A stretch of 53,351 nt of DNA, from NCBI GenBank assembly GCA_977020255.1, contig CDROCS010004697.1, forward strand, positions 1 through 53,351, read 5' to 3'. Both the position numbers and the translations under genes were made by a program. The notes under the pieces are model-generated. The model had not been told where the DNA came from. It saw nothing but the letters and a program-made list of their open reading frames with translations, and searched no databases. Below are positions 15,801 through 27,156 of this stretch, one piece after another (position 1 is the stretch's first letter; each line of letters starts with the position of its first letter). Source of the DNA: Obrimoposthia wandeli. Its lineage: Eukaryota.

Positions 15801-18800
15801 TATCTATTTTTGTAATATCTTTAAACTACTGAATAAATAAAATTATAGTTTCAAACTAATTTTTAAGGTATGTCTCATCATGTCTAATTTGAAATAACAA
15901 AATGAAAAGTTGAAATGAATTTTATAAATATTAATCATTTAATAGTGTAATTACAACAAAATATACATTTTAACATTGAAACCATTTTAGGCTTAAATGG
16001 CAGTCTTGTCTTACTCTATATCTATATATCTCCCTCCATCTTCCCCAAGATCCATACATATTTTCCCTACTTCCATCTTCTTCCATCTCCCTCACCTTTC
16101 GCCAACTTCCAAATTCCCCTTCATTTTCTAAAATCTCTTCCATCTTTCCCTATCTCCATCCAAAATACTCCATTTTCAATAATCTACCTGCATCTTCCTC
16201 ATGATCCATATATCTCCTTCCGTCTCCATCTGCTGCCACCTTCCCAATTTCCCTCCATATTCTGCTATATTGATCATCTGTAAATCTTGTTTGTGTAACT
16301 CTCCATTCATCTTGCAGCCATCCAGTCTTCTTGCGGCTGTTGATGCTACAGAAGAAGCTTCCCTTGCCGCCCAGTACAAAGTTACCGGTTACCCCACGCT
16401 CATATATTTCCAGTGAGTCGACAACTCTCACAACGTATCTACATTGCACATATCGAGAATGTGAACATTATTGATCCTTCTATTATTCGCAGACCAAACG
16501 GCGACTGGGAAAAGTACATTGGAAGACGAGACGAAAAATCCATCATTTCATTCATGCTAGGGTACGTCTTCTTTCTCTTTGGTAATGCAGTCTACATGTG
16601 ATATCTTATTGATAGCGTCAGCATTGTGTGTATCGGATGAGATTTTGGAAACTACGAAATGAATCATAAGCACGTTTCCGACACCAGTGTGGACATTGGT
16701 TTCCCAGAAGAATAAGCAACATAGTATTTCTAATGATATTTTTTAAATTTTATATTTTAGTTGTTTAATCTTCTTTCTTTTATCCAATCAAGATCTTTTA
16801 AAAATACTTCATTAAGGACCAGATAATATTTTTGATGTATGGTTATTTGTGTAAGAATGGTGAAGCATCATTTTACATTACACGAAGGAAAAAGATTTGA
16901 GACAAGGGAGGAACACAATAGTATTTTTTATCAAATTTCATTTTAAAATGTCTTATATCAAACATAGCGAGTTTATAATTCGGTACAATCCCATATAGAA
17001 ATATCTGAAAAAAGAGTTTGTACTTCGATAGTCTAGTGAAAAAATTAATTCATGAAGTTATTAAGTTTAAGAAAATAAAATTCACATAACGAAAATAGGC
17101 TGAGAAAAGAATGGATAGATCACTCAGCACTGTTGCAAACAACCCAGAAAAGCTTGTATTTGGAGTTCAAAATGAATGTTATAACGCGTTTTGAAAACAG
17201 TGGACAACAGACTGAGATTTCTCAAGTTTGAGGTTGGTTTGATCAACCATAAGAAAAATTCTCAAAAAAGGATAATATTATAAACAACTGTTCTTACAGA
17301 CTTCCTTTCTGCAAATAAGAGAAATTCTCAAATGTAAGAAATGGAGAAGTTATTACAATTCTGGATTGGTGATCAACACAGAGAAACATGACGTTCAGTT
17401 GGAATTTAATAATTGGAAAGGCCTGGAGCATTTGGTTGCAAGCTGAGGTTGGTTTGATAAGTTCATGATCGGTGCAGATATACACAGAATCAGACTCATC
17501 GGCGAATAATCCAGTGCCGATAAAAAAAATCTGCAGATTCATTATAAAAAAGCCTCGGATAAAATTCTTGAAAAATACCACAACTGCTTTTCAAATTTGA
17601 GGAGACTATCAGGAAAATACCATCTAAAACATTCATATCTAGGGAGGAAACATCCGTCCCAGGATTCAAATATGCAAAAGATCAGTTAACCGTATTACTT
17701 GGCGGTAATTTGATCGGAATCTTTAGAAGTTCTTGCTGCTAATTTATCATTCTGAAAATTCCAGGAATTTATAAACAAATATTGCTCGTCATTTAGAGGA
17801 CAAATTGAAAATCCGGGACGACTGAAATATTATTTTATATATGATATGAAGAGCACTTTTGTCCACCTTTAAAATTGTATTTAGAAAAAATAAATTGGAA
17901 AATAAACTGTTGCTGGTTCTTGACACTGCTCCTGAGCACCCGCAAAATTTAGCAAAACTTCAAACGTGTTTACTATAGCGAATTTTTGCACCTCCAAATA
18001 CTACATAGATTTGACAGCCAATGGAGAATGGAGTGGTAGCTAATTTTAGGGCTTATTAAATTCAACACTTTCAAGAAGCCTTAAAGTAGTTGACATAAAT
18101 CAATGTTCCACAGAATAACATCGAAAGAAATCAAATATCTGAACCCTATTGAAAATGTCGGTTCATCATGGAATGAAATCAACCCAAGGAGTCTTAGAGG
18201 TAGTTGGAACCGCTTACTAATTAGAGCTGTTGCTGATCAATCGATCAATGAAGTACTACAGGCTGTTATTGAAATGGCTAATGAAATTGGAGTGGAGAGA
18301 GTCAATGAAGGCATCATGCAAGAATTAATAGAAAATTATCAACATGGTCTCTAATGAAACATCATTGAAAGTTAAATGCAATTGTTAATAGAAATTACGG
18401 AGTCTTCACAAGAATGGGAAGATCTTCCTGAAAATATCTTGACAAAATTGTTTAATCTAGAGATAATTATTTGGAAAATTTATGTGAAAATGATCAATTT
18501 TGAAGGGATTTTGCCCCAATAAAACTAGGAGTTATTAATACTCTATGCCCTACTTGGAATTGTTGAAAAACGCCAACATCTAAGCTATCAACTTTAGACA
18601 GCTTTGTGAAACCAAAATAAATTAATTTTCATTTTTGTATGTATTTCCTTTTTTGTTTTTTAATGAAATATTATTTTATATTGAATTCTAATTTACTACA
18701 GTAATTATTCACCTGTAAGGGTATTTATTAAAACATGTTTTTGAGAGAGACCGACACCGAATCACTTATAGATGCATTATTTAAAAGCTTGGAAAGGTAC

Positions 18801-20259
18801 TATTATAGGTGAAGCGTGAAATTTTCGGTGACCGGACACCCTAATAGGTGGGACCCCTTATAGGTGAATAATTACTGTATATTGTTGTTTAAATGAAGTA
18901 AATATTAAATAAAAATTACATTTTCAATTATATGTTTGTAATACTAAATTTTGCCTTCAATATAGCTAAAAATGTTGAAGAAAAGCTGAATTGTTTCCAA
19001 AAACGCAATCTGACACTGCGGTATCTTATTTCATTTTGAAATGATACTGTTATCAAAATATTAAATAACTATATAAATGTCTCCGAATTAATTTATTATA
19101 CTCTCAGCGTGACCTTGAACGTCTGAAGTTGCGGGAATTGAATACCAACTAAGAAATTATTTTTTAGATGTTTTTTTATTTTTATATTTTAATTATTTTA
19201 ATATTTTACAGAAAAGAAGATGAGAGAAAGCGAAAAATTGAGGAAGAGGCTCAGAGGAAGGTAGAAGAAATTGCTCAAAAAGAAGCTGAAGAAAAGTTGA
19301 ATTTAAAGTTGGAAGAAGAAAGATTACAGAGGTTGAAGGAAGCTGAAGAAAGAGAAGTAGAGCGTAAGAAAGCGGAAAAGGAGGAGTGGATTAAAAGAGA
19401 GTTAGAGGAAGTTCAGAGATTAAAGGTCCAGCGTGAGAATGAAGAACGGATTAGAAGGGAAAACGAAGAAAGGAGAATAAAGGAAGAAGAAACTGAAAGG
19501 AAACGATTGAAAGAGGAAAATGATGAGAAGGAGCGATTGAAGAAAGTGGAGGAAGAGAAGAAACGAGAAGAAGCTGAAAAGGAGCGACTGAAGAAGATAG
19601 AAGAAGAGAAGAAACGAGAAGAAGCTGAAAAGGAGCGACTGAAGAAGATAGAAGAAGAGAAGAAACGAGAAGAAGCTGAAAAGGAGCGACTGAAGAAGAT
19701 AGAAGAAGAGAAGAAACGAGAAGAAGCTGAAAAGGAGCGACTGAAGAAGATAGAAGAAGAGAAGAAACGAGAAGAAGCTGAAAAGGAGCGACTGAAGAAG
19801 GTAGAAGCTGAGAAGGAGCGACTGAAGAATGTAGAAGAAGTGAAGAAACGAGAAGAAGCTGAGAAGGAGCGAATGAAGAAAGAAACGGAGCATAAAGCAA
19901 AAGAAGAGAAGTTGAACAACGATAGAAGAGAAGAGTGTGGTGTTGTGGATGCCGTGACAGTCGGGGATGTGAAGGAAGGAGGTGATGTACTGGTGTACAT
20001 ATCTAAGTCGGGCAAGAAAGCTAATCTGCGAAAGAAGGTTGAGAGGGTGGTAGGGAAGAGATCGGAGAAGTGTCATGTGGTGGCAGTTGACTGTGCCTTG
20101 ATGGCGAGCCTTTGTGACGAGCTCCAAACGACTGGAGACGAACCGCTGTTTGGATTGGTGCGTGCTAGTGCCCTGTTGACATCTGTGCCAGTGGCTGGGG
20201 CCACAGAGGATGATCTTGAGGCCGTCATGGGGTCGCGTGATATCAAACAAGAGCTGTAG
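865..20259 (+). CDS. PDIA5: Protein disulfide-isomerase A5 (PDIR)-like, 5'-incomplete, 15 exons in window
   Basis: Manually joined GT-AG exons: 865-910, 957-1049, 1103-1172, 2811-2973, 3395-3463, 3641-3774, 4811-4878, 5917-6011, 7308-7373, 8417-8556, 8920-9327, 14590-14657, 16318-16412, 16493-16561, 19212-20259. All phases are compatible, giving one open frame of about 876 aa. Motifs: FLEDPTGDVPWEEDERAKDVVHI (PDIR linker); MFYAPWCGFC, MFYAPWCGHC, MYYAPWCGYC, MFYAPWCGHC; GYP/GFPT cis-Pro loops; C-terminal KQEL, a KDEL-like ER retention signal. Confidence 0.93.
1500..2200 (+). mobile_element. Degraded non-LTR retrotransposon (LINE, CR1/L2-like) 3' fragment
   Basis: Broken frames read MKLNWLLNNSRLEFK and LYNNLPMNIRNCNNVEKSTKHLKYVLL, resembling the C-terminal LWN-LP-IR...FKK-LK signature of LINE ORF2. 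Many stops; boundaries approximate. Confidence 0.5.
5140..5420 (-). mobile_element. Tigger/pogo transposase remnant
   Basis: The minus strand reads KANSGRLS*LKIS*GYKSCVLYGEAAEVN, like the Tigger/CENP-B motif ASxGWLxxFKxRxGIxxxxLxGEAAS. Confidence 0.45.
6630..7260 (-). mobile_element. hAT-like transposase remnant
   Basis: The minus strand reads VTCLAHGLNRVAEYIKSK (CxxH motif), KWLEAVSYYVEH, KLEDVLNMNRGL and SALINSVGVERSISAYRNILPD (dimerization-domain VERSFS motif), with frameshifts. Confidence 0.7.
9635..11400 (+). mobile_element. Older mariner-like element interrupted by a younger mariner
   Basis: TA followed by TTAGGGTGTCTCATAAG end at 9635. Transposase remnants LRHYLKQGVYASEATIFICKY*GENVFSQLTAQNWYIRF, IVEADSRMSTRDLGADL and MSEDQKMERSKICEKLLKY lie before 10203 and resume as FFKRIITSDEKWVIY after 11296. 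No right TIR found. Confidence 0.7.
10204..11294 (+). mobile_element. Mariner transposon (Hsmar1/SETMAR-like), internally deleted, non-autonomous
   Basis: Imperfect TIRs of about 30 bp (TTAGGTTGTTACATATGAAATGTCGTA / TACGACCTTTCCCATGTAACAACCTAA) are flanked by TA at 10202-10203 and 11295-11296. ORF 10764-11216 has MVTVWW, HDVARPH and LPHPPYSPDLA. The upstream HTH remnant reads QRWFKKF. The WVPHEL region is missing. Confidence 0.9.
12150..12560 (-). mobile_element. Possible LTR-retrotransposon pol (RNase H region) remnant
   Basis: GC-richer island. Broken minus-strand frames give AKDRYSDIDRWAVKPW and GHVNFNAESL, weakly like gypsy RNase H (ERNYS...WAVK; N-NADALSR). Confidence 0.25.
17030..18620 (+). 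mobile_element. Degraded Tigger/pogo DNA transposon
   Basis: N-terminal HTH-like KMNVITRFENSGQQTEISQV...STIRKILKK near 17170-17270. DDE_1 motifs KLLLVLDTAPEHP, FAPPNTT and QPMENGVVANFRAY near 17900-18060. Multiple stops and frameshifts. Confidence 0.75.
18699..18877. mobile_element. 179-bp TA-flanked MITE (pogo/Tigger-like)
   Basis: 23-bp TIR with 1 mismatch (CAGTAATTATTCACCTGTAAGGG / CCCTTATAGGTGAATAATTACTG), with TA on both sides (18697-18698, 18878-18879). Confidence 0.8.
19528..19881 (+). repeat. Coding 51-nt tandem repeat (KERLKKIEEEKKREEAE)
   Basis: Units start at 19528, 19579, 19630, 19681 and 19732 (full), 19783 (30-nt truncated), 19813 (full) and 19864 (partial). Units 2-5 appear identical. 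Confidence 0.95.
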
Positions 20260-20879
20260 CTAGCAGCCAGTCACCGTCTCACCGCCGCTGCTAGGCTCAT
20301 ACTGCCCTGTCTCTCCCAACTAGCTACTCGCTATCGACATTCTTACTGTGACAAATCCCGCTTCGTTGTTAAACTCGTTTTTATGTGCGAGTGTTTTTTT
20401 AATATTCTGGATATTTAGTTTGAATTAATGCATCGATATTTTTACCGACACCGATTTCATGTAACGAAAAATACAAAATAATTAAATTTCTATTAATTTA
20501 TAAGTATGTAAGTAGTAGAAAATATATTACATTACATGCTTTAAATTATTCTATTTAACTTTTCTTATGGCTGGCATTACTATTAAGTAATAGTCGGGAC
20601 AACAGCCGAGTGCGCGTAATACATTGTGTAAGCTGTAGAAAGTGTGATATGACTAAGAAAAATAACTAAGAAGTCAAATAAAGACACCTCAAATCTTTTT
20701 TTAAGCTTTTTTTTGTTCATTCAGAAAAACATTTAATAGTTGCTATGAATGATCAACTTAGAAATTACATATTTCCGAAGCTGGTCAAAGAAACAACAGC
20801 AGTATAAATATTGAATAATTCGATTGTAAAATTTTGAGCTCCGAATGAAATACATTATGATCGAAGGACATCAAATTTA

Positions 20880-21100
20880 TTGAGATTTAGCAAATAAATT
20901 CAAAATTAGATTATTATCTTCTAGTCCAAATTAGCATTTAGGCGATGGACAAGCCGAAAGAAACTTTTGAACAATCAAAAATTCATTAATTGGGCTGAAT
21001 TTTTACCAGAAGTAGAGTTCATGAATTTTGTTATACAGCAACAATAAATGAAAGTCCAGTTAATATTATATTTGTAAAAGATTCTTCTTGTATGGTTAGA
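20880..21100 (+). mobile_element. Retroviral-type (gypsy) integrase remnant
   Basis: Broken frames read GDGQAERNF*TIKNSL, WAEFLPEVEFMN and YTATINESP, matching the NGQAER...W...LP-V-F...AT...SP pattern of LTR integrases. Confidence 0.55.
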
Positions 21101-23589
21101 AGATAATTAATGAGATACATTAAAAGTAGAAGTTCAGAATTAAACAGGAAAATAGTTATCGAAATTTTGACAGTGGCGATTAAGTATTAGTAAGAATATA
21201 TGTTCGTAATAAGGATGATAAATACAATGACGGTACTGGAGTCATATTATGTGAAATGCAGATAGCTTTTGAACAATTTTTTCCAATGAAAATATTTTGT
21301 TAATTAGAATTTGTTTTATTTTCAGTTTTCTAAGAGGCGTAAATATCGATTCTCTCTTTGGTACCCGATTCTGAAATTGAATTTTAAATGAATAAATTTA
21401 ATAAACTGGTCATTTATAGGTCAATATTGTTGGAATTTCTATATGAAACTACTGGATAAATCCTCTGGTGGAGGCCCCCAACGTGAGTTCTATAGAAGTA
21501 GAGCTTGCAGTTGTTTGTTGCCTACTTAGATTGTGCTTACCTGTCTCAATGTCTAATCTGAAGGTTTGTTTTTGCTTGTTGTTTTGGAGTTGTGTGACGA
21601 GCTGTGTATACGGGACTGGAAAATTCCCTTAGTGTAATGTAATGTATGGAGTAGTTCGCGTTTACTTTAAGTTCAAATACTTGTTCAACACAACGCTGTT
21701 TAATTGTAGGAAAGCTTTATTATTGAAAACACACTAATTTTACGTTTCTAAAAACGACAACAACTAATCCTAACTTCTCTTTACTAAACCTCACACAAAT
21801 GGGTATGTTTTACTTATCGATTTTATAATTTCTTTAGTCGAAGCGTTTACTTCTTCTTTACTTCTTATGATTTTATCGTATAAAAATGTGAGCGATTTTA
21901 AAGTTAACTTATTTTAACTTTGTCGTAAAAATATGGACGATTTTAATTCAAAGCTTTAATTACTTTTTACGATTCTATCGTACAAAATATGGCGATTTTA
22001 GGGGAAACCTTTATACTGATATTTTATAAACGTATTTCAAGATGATTACTTTCACTTTAATAATATTCAATAAGGCAGTTCAATAGGGGCAATGTCACTT
22101 TATCTATCTTTAAATAATATAGTCAATTACTATTTAATATGGGCAATTCAATATCTTCAAATAATATGGTTTAATTTCTTTTCCCACCTTCATCAAATCT
22201 GAGAGATGGTTGCGTCCGTCTGTGAGTCTGCAGTGCGTCTAATCGTCCCCTGCGAGGTTGTTCGGTACAAATACGGCAATTGAATTTACTTTTCTTCGTT
22301 TTTTCAATTTTAGTCTTCTTATTAATATCCTGCTAGTTTTGTCCTCCAAAATTGATTTGAATTCGATTCTTTATTTTCTGTCGCGCTCGGATTTTATCGA
22401 CGAGTTCTGGATATCAACTGTGATATTTTTTCTAAATCTCCTTTTTTGACTTTGATATATTTTTGGCCTGGCAAACGCTATCTTCCTTTTTTATACTCCT
22501 GAATCTGGGAAACAATAATAAATTTGCACTTAGTTTAAGTGTTTTTACCTACGTGTCTGGAGATCAGCTGGATATTCACAGCGTCTTCTTGCTACTTCGG
22601 ATACAGTGGCGCTTAATGGGCTTCCTTGTCTGGCGCTAATGTGTCGAGATTTATATTTGGCCTGGCGTAATTGTATCGGTAATGGATACGATTTCTCGTA
22701 TAAGTTTCTTTAATTCGATTTTGCCTTCTATATGTTTTGCGATATTTGGGCTCTAAACTCTCCTTATATATAGCACACTAAACACTTGACCTCTTCAATG
22801 TCCTAAAATACTTTTAATATTTTATTTATTTTTTAACCTTGCTTTCAAGGATTCATTTCACTATAAAATAATAATTATTTTTTGAAAATTATTAAAATCC
22901 TAATCCTAACAATATCATTTTAAAAAAATGGTTGCTTGACATTAATATAGACATTTGAATTTAAATCAGATTTTTATTGTTGATATTTTTGAGTAAATTT
23001 CTTTGCCATTCACTGTTAAAAATTTTAATTAAACTTTTTTGACCGTCGATCAGCTTCTAAAGTACCTGAAAGAAATTTGAAATGTTTTATACAGATTTAT
23101 TCATGTTATTTAACCACCTGAAAAACATTTAAGATTAATATTAAAACCCAAAATTATTGCTTTTATTTGACAATCACGTTTTGATTATTTAATTTTTATT
23201 TATATGAATTATTTGACTAATTTGAAAGTAGTCTTTGATATGCTGACAGATATTTTGTCATTCCATTGTTTGAGACGTGCTCATTGAATTTAAAACTCAA
23301 CTGAAAGGAGCATATTCTCTCTCTCTCTGTCTCTCTGTCTCTGTAAATGAACACTCAGAAACTGAACGAAAGAGAAAGTGTAGTCAAATCCTTTCAAATA
23401 TTCCTGAATTGGAATTTAGCCTATGGTTAGGATCGAATGTACTTCTCAAAATAGTTTGTTATAGTTTCCTGTTTTATTTTTATCCGTGAAAGTACTTAGA
23501 TATGTCAGGTTAATTTTGTGTAGTTTGATGAAGATTTATGTACCTATTTTTAAAGTGTATACCTAATAAAGTGATTGTAAAAGTGTTTG

Positions 23590-23678
23590 AATTGCGCCTT
23601 ATTACATGGTGCGCCTTATGTGTGAAAAGAAGCATTTTCATAGAAGCAGGTGTGCTTTTCGGTCCAGAAAATACGGTA
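23590..23678. mobile_element. Solitary pogo/Tc-mariner-type terminus
   Basis: GCGCCTTA twice, ending TTTTCGGTCCAGAAAATACGG-TA, which resembles pogo-type TIR ends. No matching second end was identified. Confidence 0.35.
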
Positions 23679-24637
23679 TATCATATAATTAAAATATGTA
23701 CTTAATCTAATTATTATAAAAACAAATGTTCAGAAAATAAACTTTCAAACAATTATCCTAGAAATGTATACCAAATTTGTTAAGAACTTTCATCATATAA
23801 GTTTTATGACAAAAATATTGATAAAAATAAAGATTTAGCTTTTTCATGATTGTAACATTAACACTGTGTTTGAACCGATTTGGGTATATTCTGACGGATT
23901 TATTTCATATTGGTAATGCAGATGGGTGTGGGTTTTAAAAAATAAATAACCAACATCCAACAAGAAATTATTTTCAAATCATAATTTTCAAAAACTATGT
24001 GGAGTAGCAACATAAGTAAAATATCCTAATTATAGTATGTTACAAAAATAGGAAATGATCATCAAAGGATATTCAAAAAGTACATTTGCCTCTATTTGGT
24101 TTAATTTAATCTAATTTTGTTATTATTATTTATGTATGTATTAGTTTAACCACTTACGTATATTTGTAAGTACTATATTACACACACATATATTTGTAAA
24201 TAATACATTGGATATAAATATATTTTGTAAGTTTTATATATTCCTTATAAAATTGTATACACACCATTTCACTCCTTTGAACAAACATAATTTTAATAAA
24301 ACACTATAATTTCCCGACCCGAAATTTATATTACTTCCTTTCCAGTGATGCATTATCAATTTCATTTACAATTCATATATATACTCTTCTTGGGCTAATT
24401 AATTTCATTGGTTATAATGTATTTAACAATATAATTAAACTTTAAATTCAATAAAATACATATGATGACCTAAATACATTGACCTAATTAAAATGTAGTT
24501 AATGATACTTGTATAAATTATTTTTGATTTTGATGAAGTAAAACAAATGTTAATACAGACACATAAAAGATGTGGGAAACCATTTAATATAATTTTTTTA
24601 ACAAAAACTAATTTTGTTTAACAGTTCGTCGCTGTTT

Positions 24638-27156
24638 GGGGTGCATTTTGCACCCCAGGCACATTTCAAGTGTTATAAACTCGAATTAATCAAACTGTGA
24701 GAATTTCTGCTTTATGACTTTTTAAGTTTGACCATTCTACACATCATATCGGAAAGTCCAACATTTTGTATACTATGAGGAAGCTCAGACATATTTTTAT
24801 ATGTACTGTCGTTTGGGGTGCATTTTGCACCCCAAACAAATATAATGCATTCTTGTTTTTCAATGCAGAAATCTGACTCTATAAATTTATTTTAGGTACT
24901 GAATATTACTATAGTACTCAACCAATCAATAAGCAATTATTGATTCAACAAGAATGTAGATAGGTATATATTGGCAACTCTCATGAGCATTCGAATTAGT
25001 TGCATTATTATTTTCAGATTGCATTCAATTATATTTCATTCTCTGCATTTGCAATATGTTGCGTCAACTACCACGGAGACTAGCTCGTAATGATGCCAAC
25101 AGACTGTTGTTTGGCCAAGATATTGATGATGACGCCGACTCTATGCATGATTTATCAGAGGATGATGTTGCAAACAATATCGATCAGAATCTTCCAAATA
25201 ATGGTGATGGCGATGCAGCCCCTCCCGTTGCTGATGGAGATGAACAAGCCGATGACTTTCTAGATGAAGACGTTTTGCGCAATTTGTCAAGTGGTGAAAG
25301 TGAGAAGATGATGATCCACAACAGCAAAGAGGATTGATTTCTCCCAATGGACAAATATGGACATTGAATCAACTGGCAGCAGTGGGAAGGCAACCAGAGG
25401 CTAATATATTCCGTGGTGTCCAAGGATTTCGTCGTGGTTTGCACCCTGAATCACGATTAGAATCTTTTGAAGTAATCTTTGACTGTTCAGTTGATTGTGC
25501 GATAATGTTTACAAACTTGTATGGTCGCAGATTGGCCCGCGAAAAAGGCGTTGAATGGAAGCAAGTGACTGCAAATGAAATGCGAGCATTCATTGGAATT
25601 CATTTTCTTGCAGGCGCCCTAAAGGCACATCATCGAGTACTGGAGGAAATGTGGTCGAATCGTGATGGTCATGCTCTTTTTAGGGCCACCATGAGCTACC
25701 AGCGCTTCAAACAACTGAAGCAAGCATTACGCTTTGACGATCCCATAAGGAGGGATAGGGATGATCCCCTGGCTCCCATTCGTACAATTGTGCAATATGT
25801 GAATGACAGTCTGGTCTATGCTTATTCGCCAGGCCCATTCATTACTGTTGATGAGCAACTGGTAGAATTCCATGGCAGAATTTGTTTTAGACGTTATATA
25901 CCTACAAAACCATGCAAATTTGGTATAGAAATCTACTGGTCCGTGGATGCAGACAACAGTTTCCCACTGCGGTGTTTAGTATACATTGGTGAAAAGACAC
26001 TTTCGAGACAAGAGAAAGAAGACTCCCCATCAATTCCGGAAGCCGTCGTCTGGAACATTGCTCGTCTCTTGTTGAACGAAGGAAGGAACATCACAGGAGA
26101 TAATTACTTCTCATCTCTTCACCTATGCCAGAGATTGTTGGAACGGCAGACTACATATGTCAGCACAATGCGACAGAATAAGCGAGAGAATCCACCATTA
26201 GCAAAGACAACAACTGGACGACACAGGGGTGATAGCATTCACTACTACACTGATGATGCCACTCTTTGCTCCTTTTGGGACAAGGGCAAAAACCCAGTTT
26301 TACTAATTTCAACCCAACATAAAGCCCAACAAAATCACCCTGATAGAAAACCAGAAATCGTGATCTTCTATAACTGTACTAAAGCCGGTGTGGACACCCT
26401 TAATAAATTGAATAGAACATTCTCATCGAAGCGCAAGTGTCGCCGGTGGCCTTACTCGATCTTCTTTTCGTTAGCAGATAATGTGTGCTATGCTGCCCTG
26501 TTGTTATGGAATTCGTCCGAGGTCAACAACGATTCACATTATGCATTCAAAAGAGAGCTGGCATATGAATTGTGTACACCACTGATTCGACAAAGATCAA
26601 CTATCCCCAACCTCCGTAAGACCATCAAAACGGCAATTGAACGTCTTGGTTTACAACCTTCTATGGTGCCACTCCCTCGTCAACAAGCAGTTCGCACTCA
26701 GGGAAGGTGCTACATGTGCCCGAGAGGTCCAGACCGCAAACAACGGAAAATGTGCTTCGAGTGTCATCAATTCATTTGTCCAATACATGGACAAACGCGT
26801 AATGTGTGCAATAATTGCATTGTTTAGCTTTATAAACTTATACCTAACTGTAACTGAATAAACTATTAGACTCTCTGTGCCAGAGTACACTTCAAGTATA
26901 TTATGTTCAATTCATCATACTAATAAAGTCTCTGTAACTTTTTCTATTTTCTTAAAATACGTGTCCTATACCAATAAAGTAATGTTTTTCTATTTCTATA
27001 ATGAATGGTTCTATAATAATTAGTTTAGCTTTTATGCTTTCTATGAAACGTTGTGTAGGTAGTAGCTAATAGAGTACTTACTACCAGAACAGAACATATT
27101 GCTTCTTTATTTGCAAGGAATTCCAATGGAATAGGTTGGGGTGCAAAATGCACCCC
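24638..27156. repeat. Three copies of the palindrome GGGGTGCA-WWW-TGCACCCC in the piggyBac ends
   Basis: Copies at 24638-24656, 24815-24833 (extends to a 27-bp palindrome, 24811-24837) and 27138-27156 (inverted, AAA loop). Confidence 0.95.
25056..26827 (+). pseudogene. piggyBac transposase (PGBD-like), split by a 1-nt frameshift near 25302
   Basis: ORF 25056-25337 (acidic N-terminus) plus an ORF open from 25304 (EDDDPQQQRGLISPNGQIW). Catalytic DDD motifs TVDEQL, ITGDNYF and GVDTL. C-terminal Cys-rich domain RCYMC...CFECHQFICPIH...CNNC. Adding one base gives about 590 aa. Confidence 0.9.

Noticed and set aside
19413-20250. Three long minus-strand ORFs (200, 276 and 149 aa)
   Set aside because: They are antisense shadows of the purine-rich coding repeat in the last PDI exon.
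20565-20612. Small hairpin downstream of the PDI stop (GGCTG...CAGCC) as a SECIS
   Set aside because: It lacks the AUGA/GA core, and no in-frame TGA occurs at any CxxC site.
21875-22000. CRISPR-like repeat-spacer look
   Set aside because: Only three degenerate repeats, eukaryotic context and no cas genes.
25290-25303. 14-nt GT-AG micro-intron that would repair the piggyBac frame
   Set aside because: It is far below the 46-60-nt minimum seen in this window; a single-base loss is simpler.
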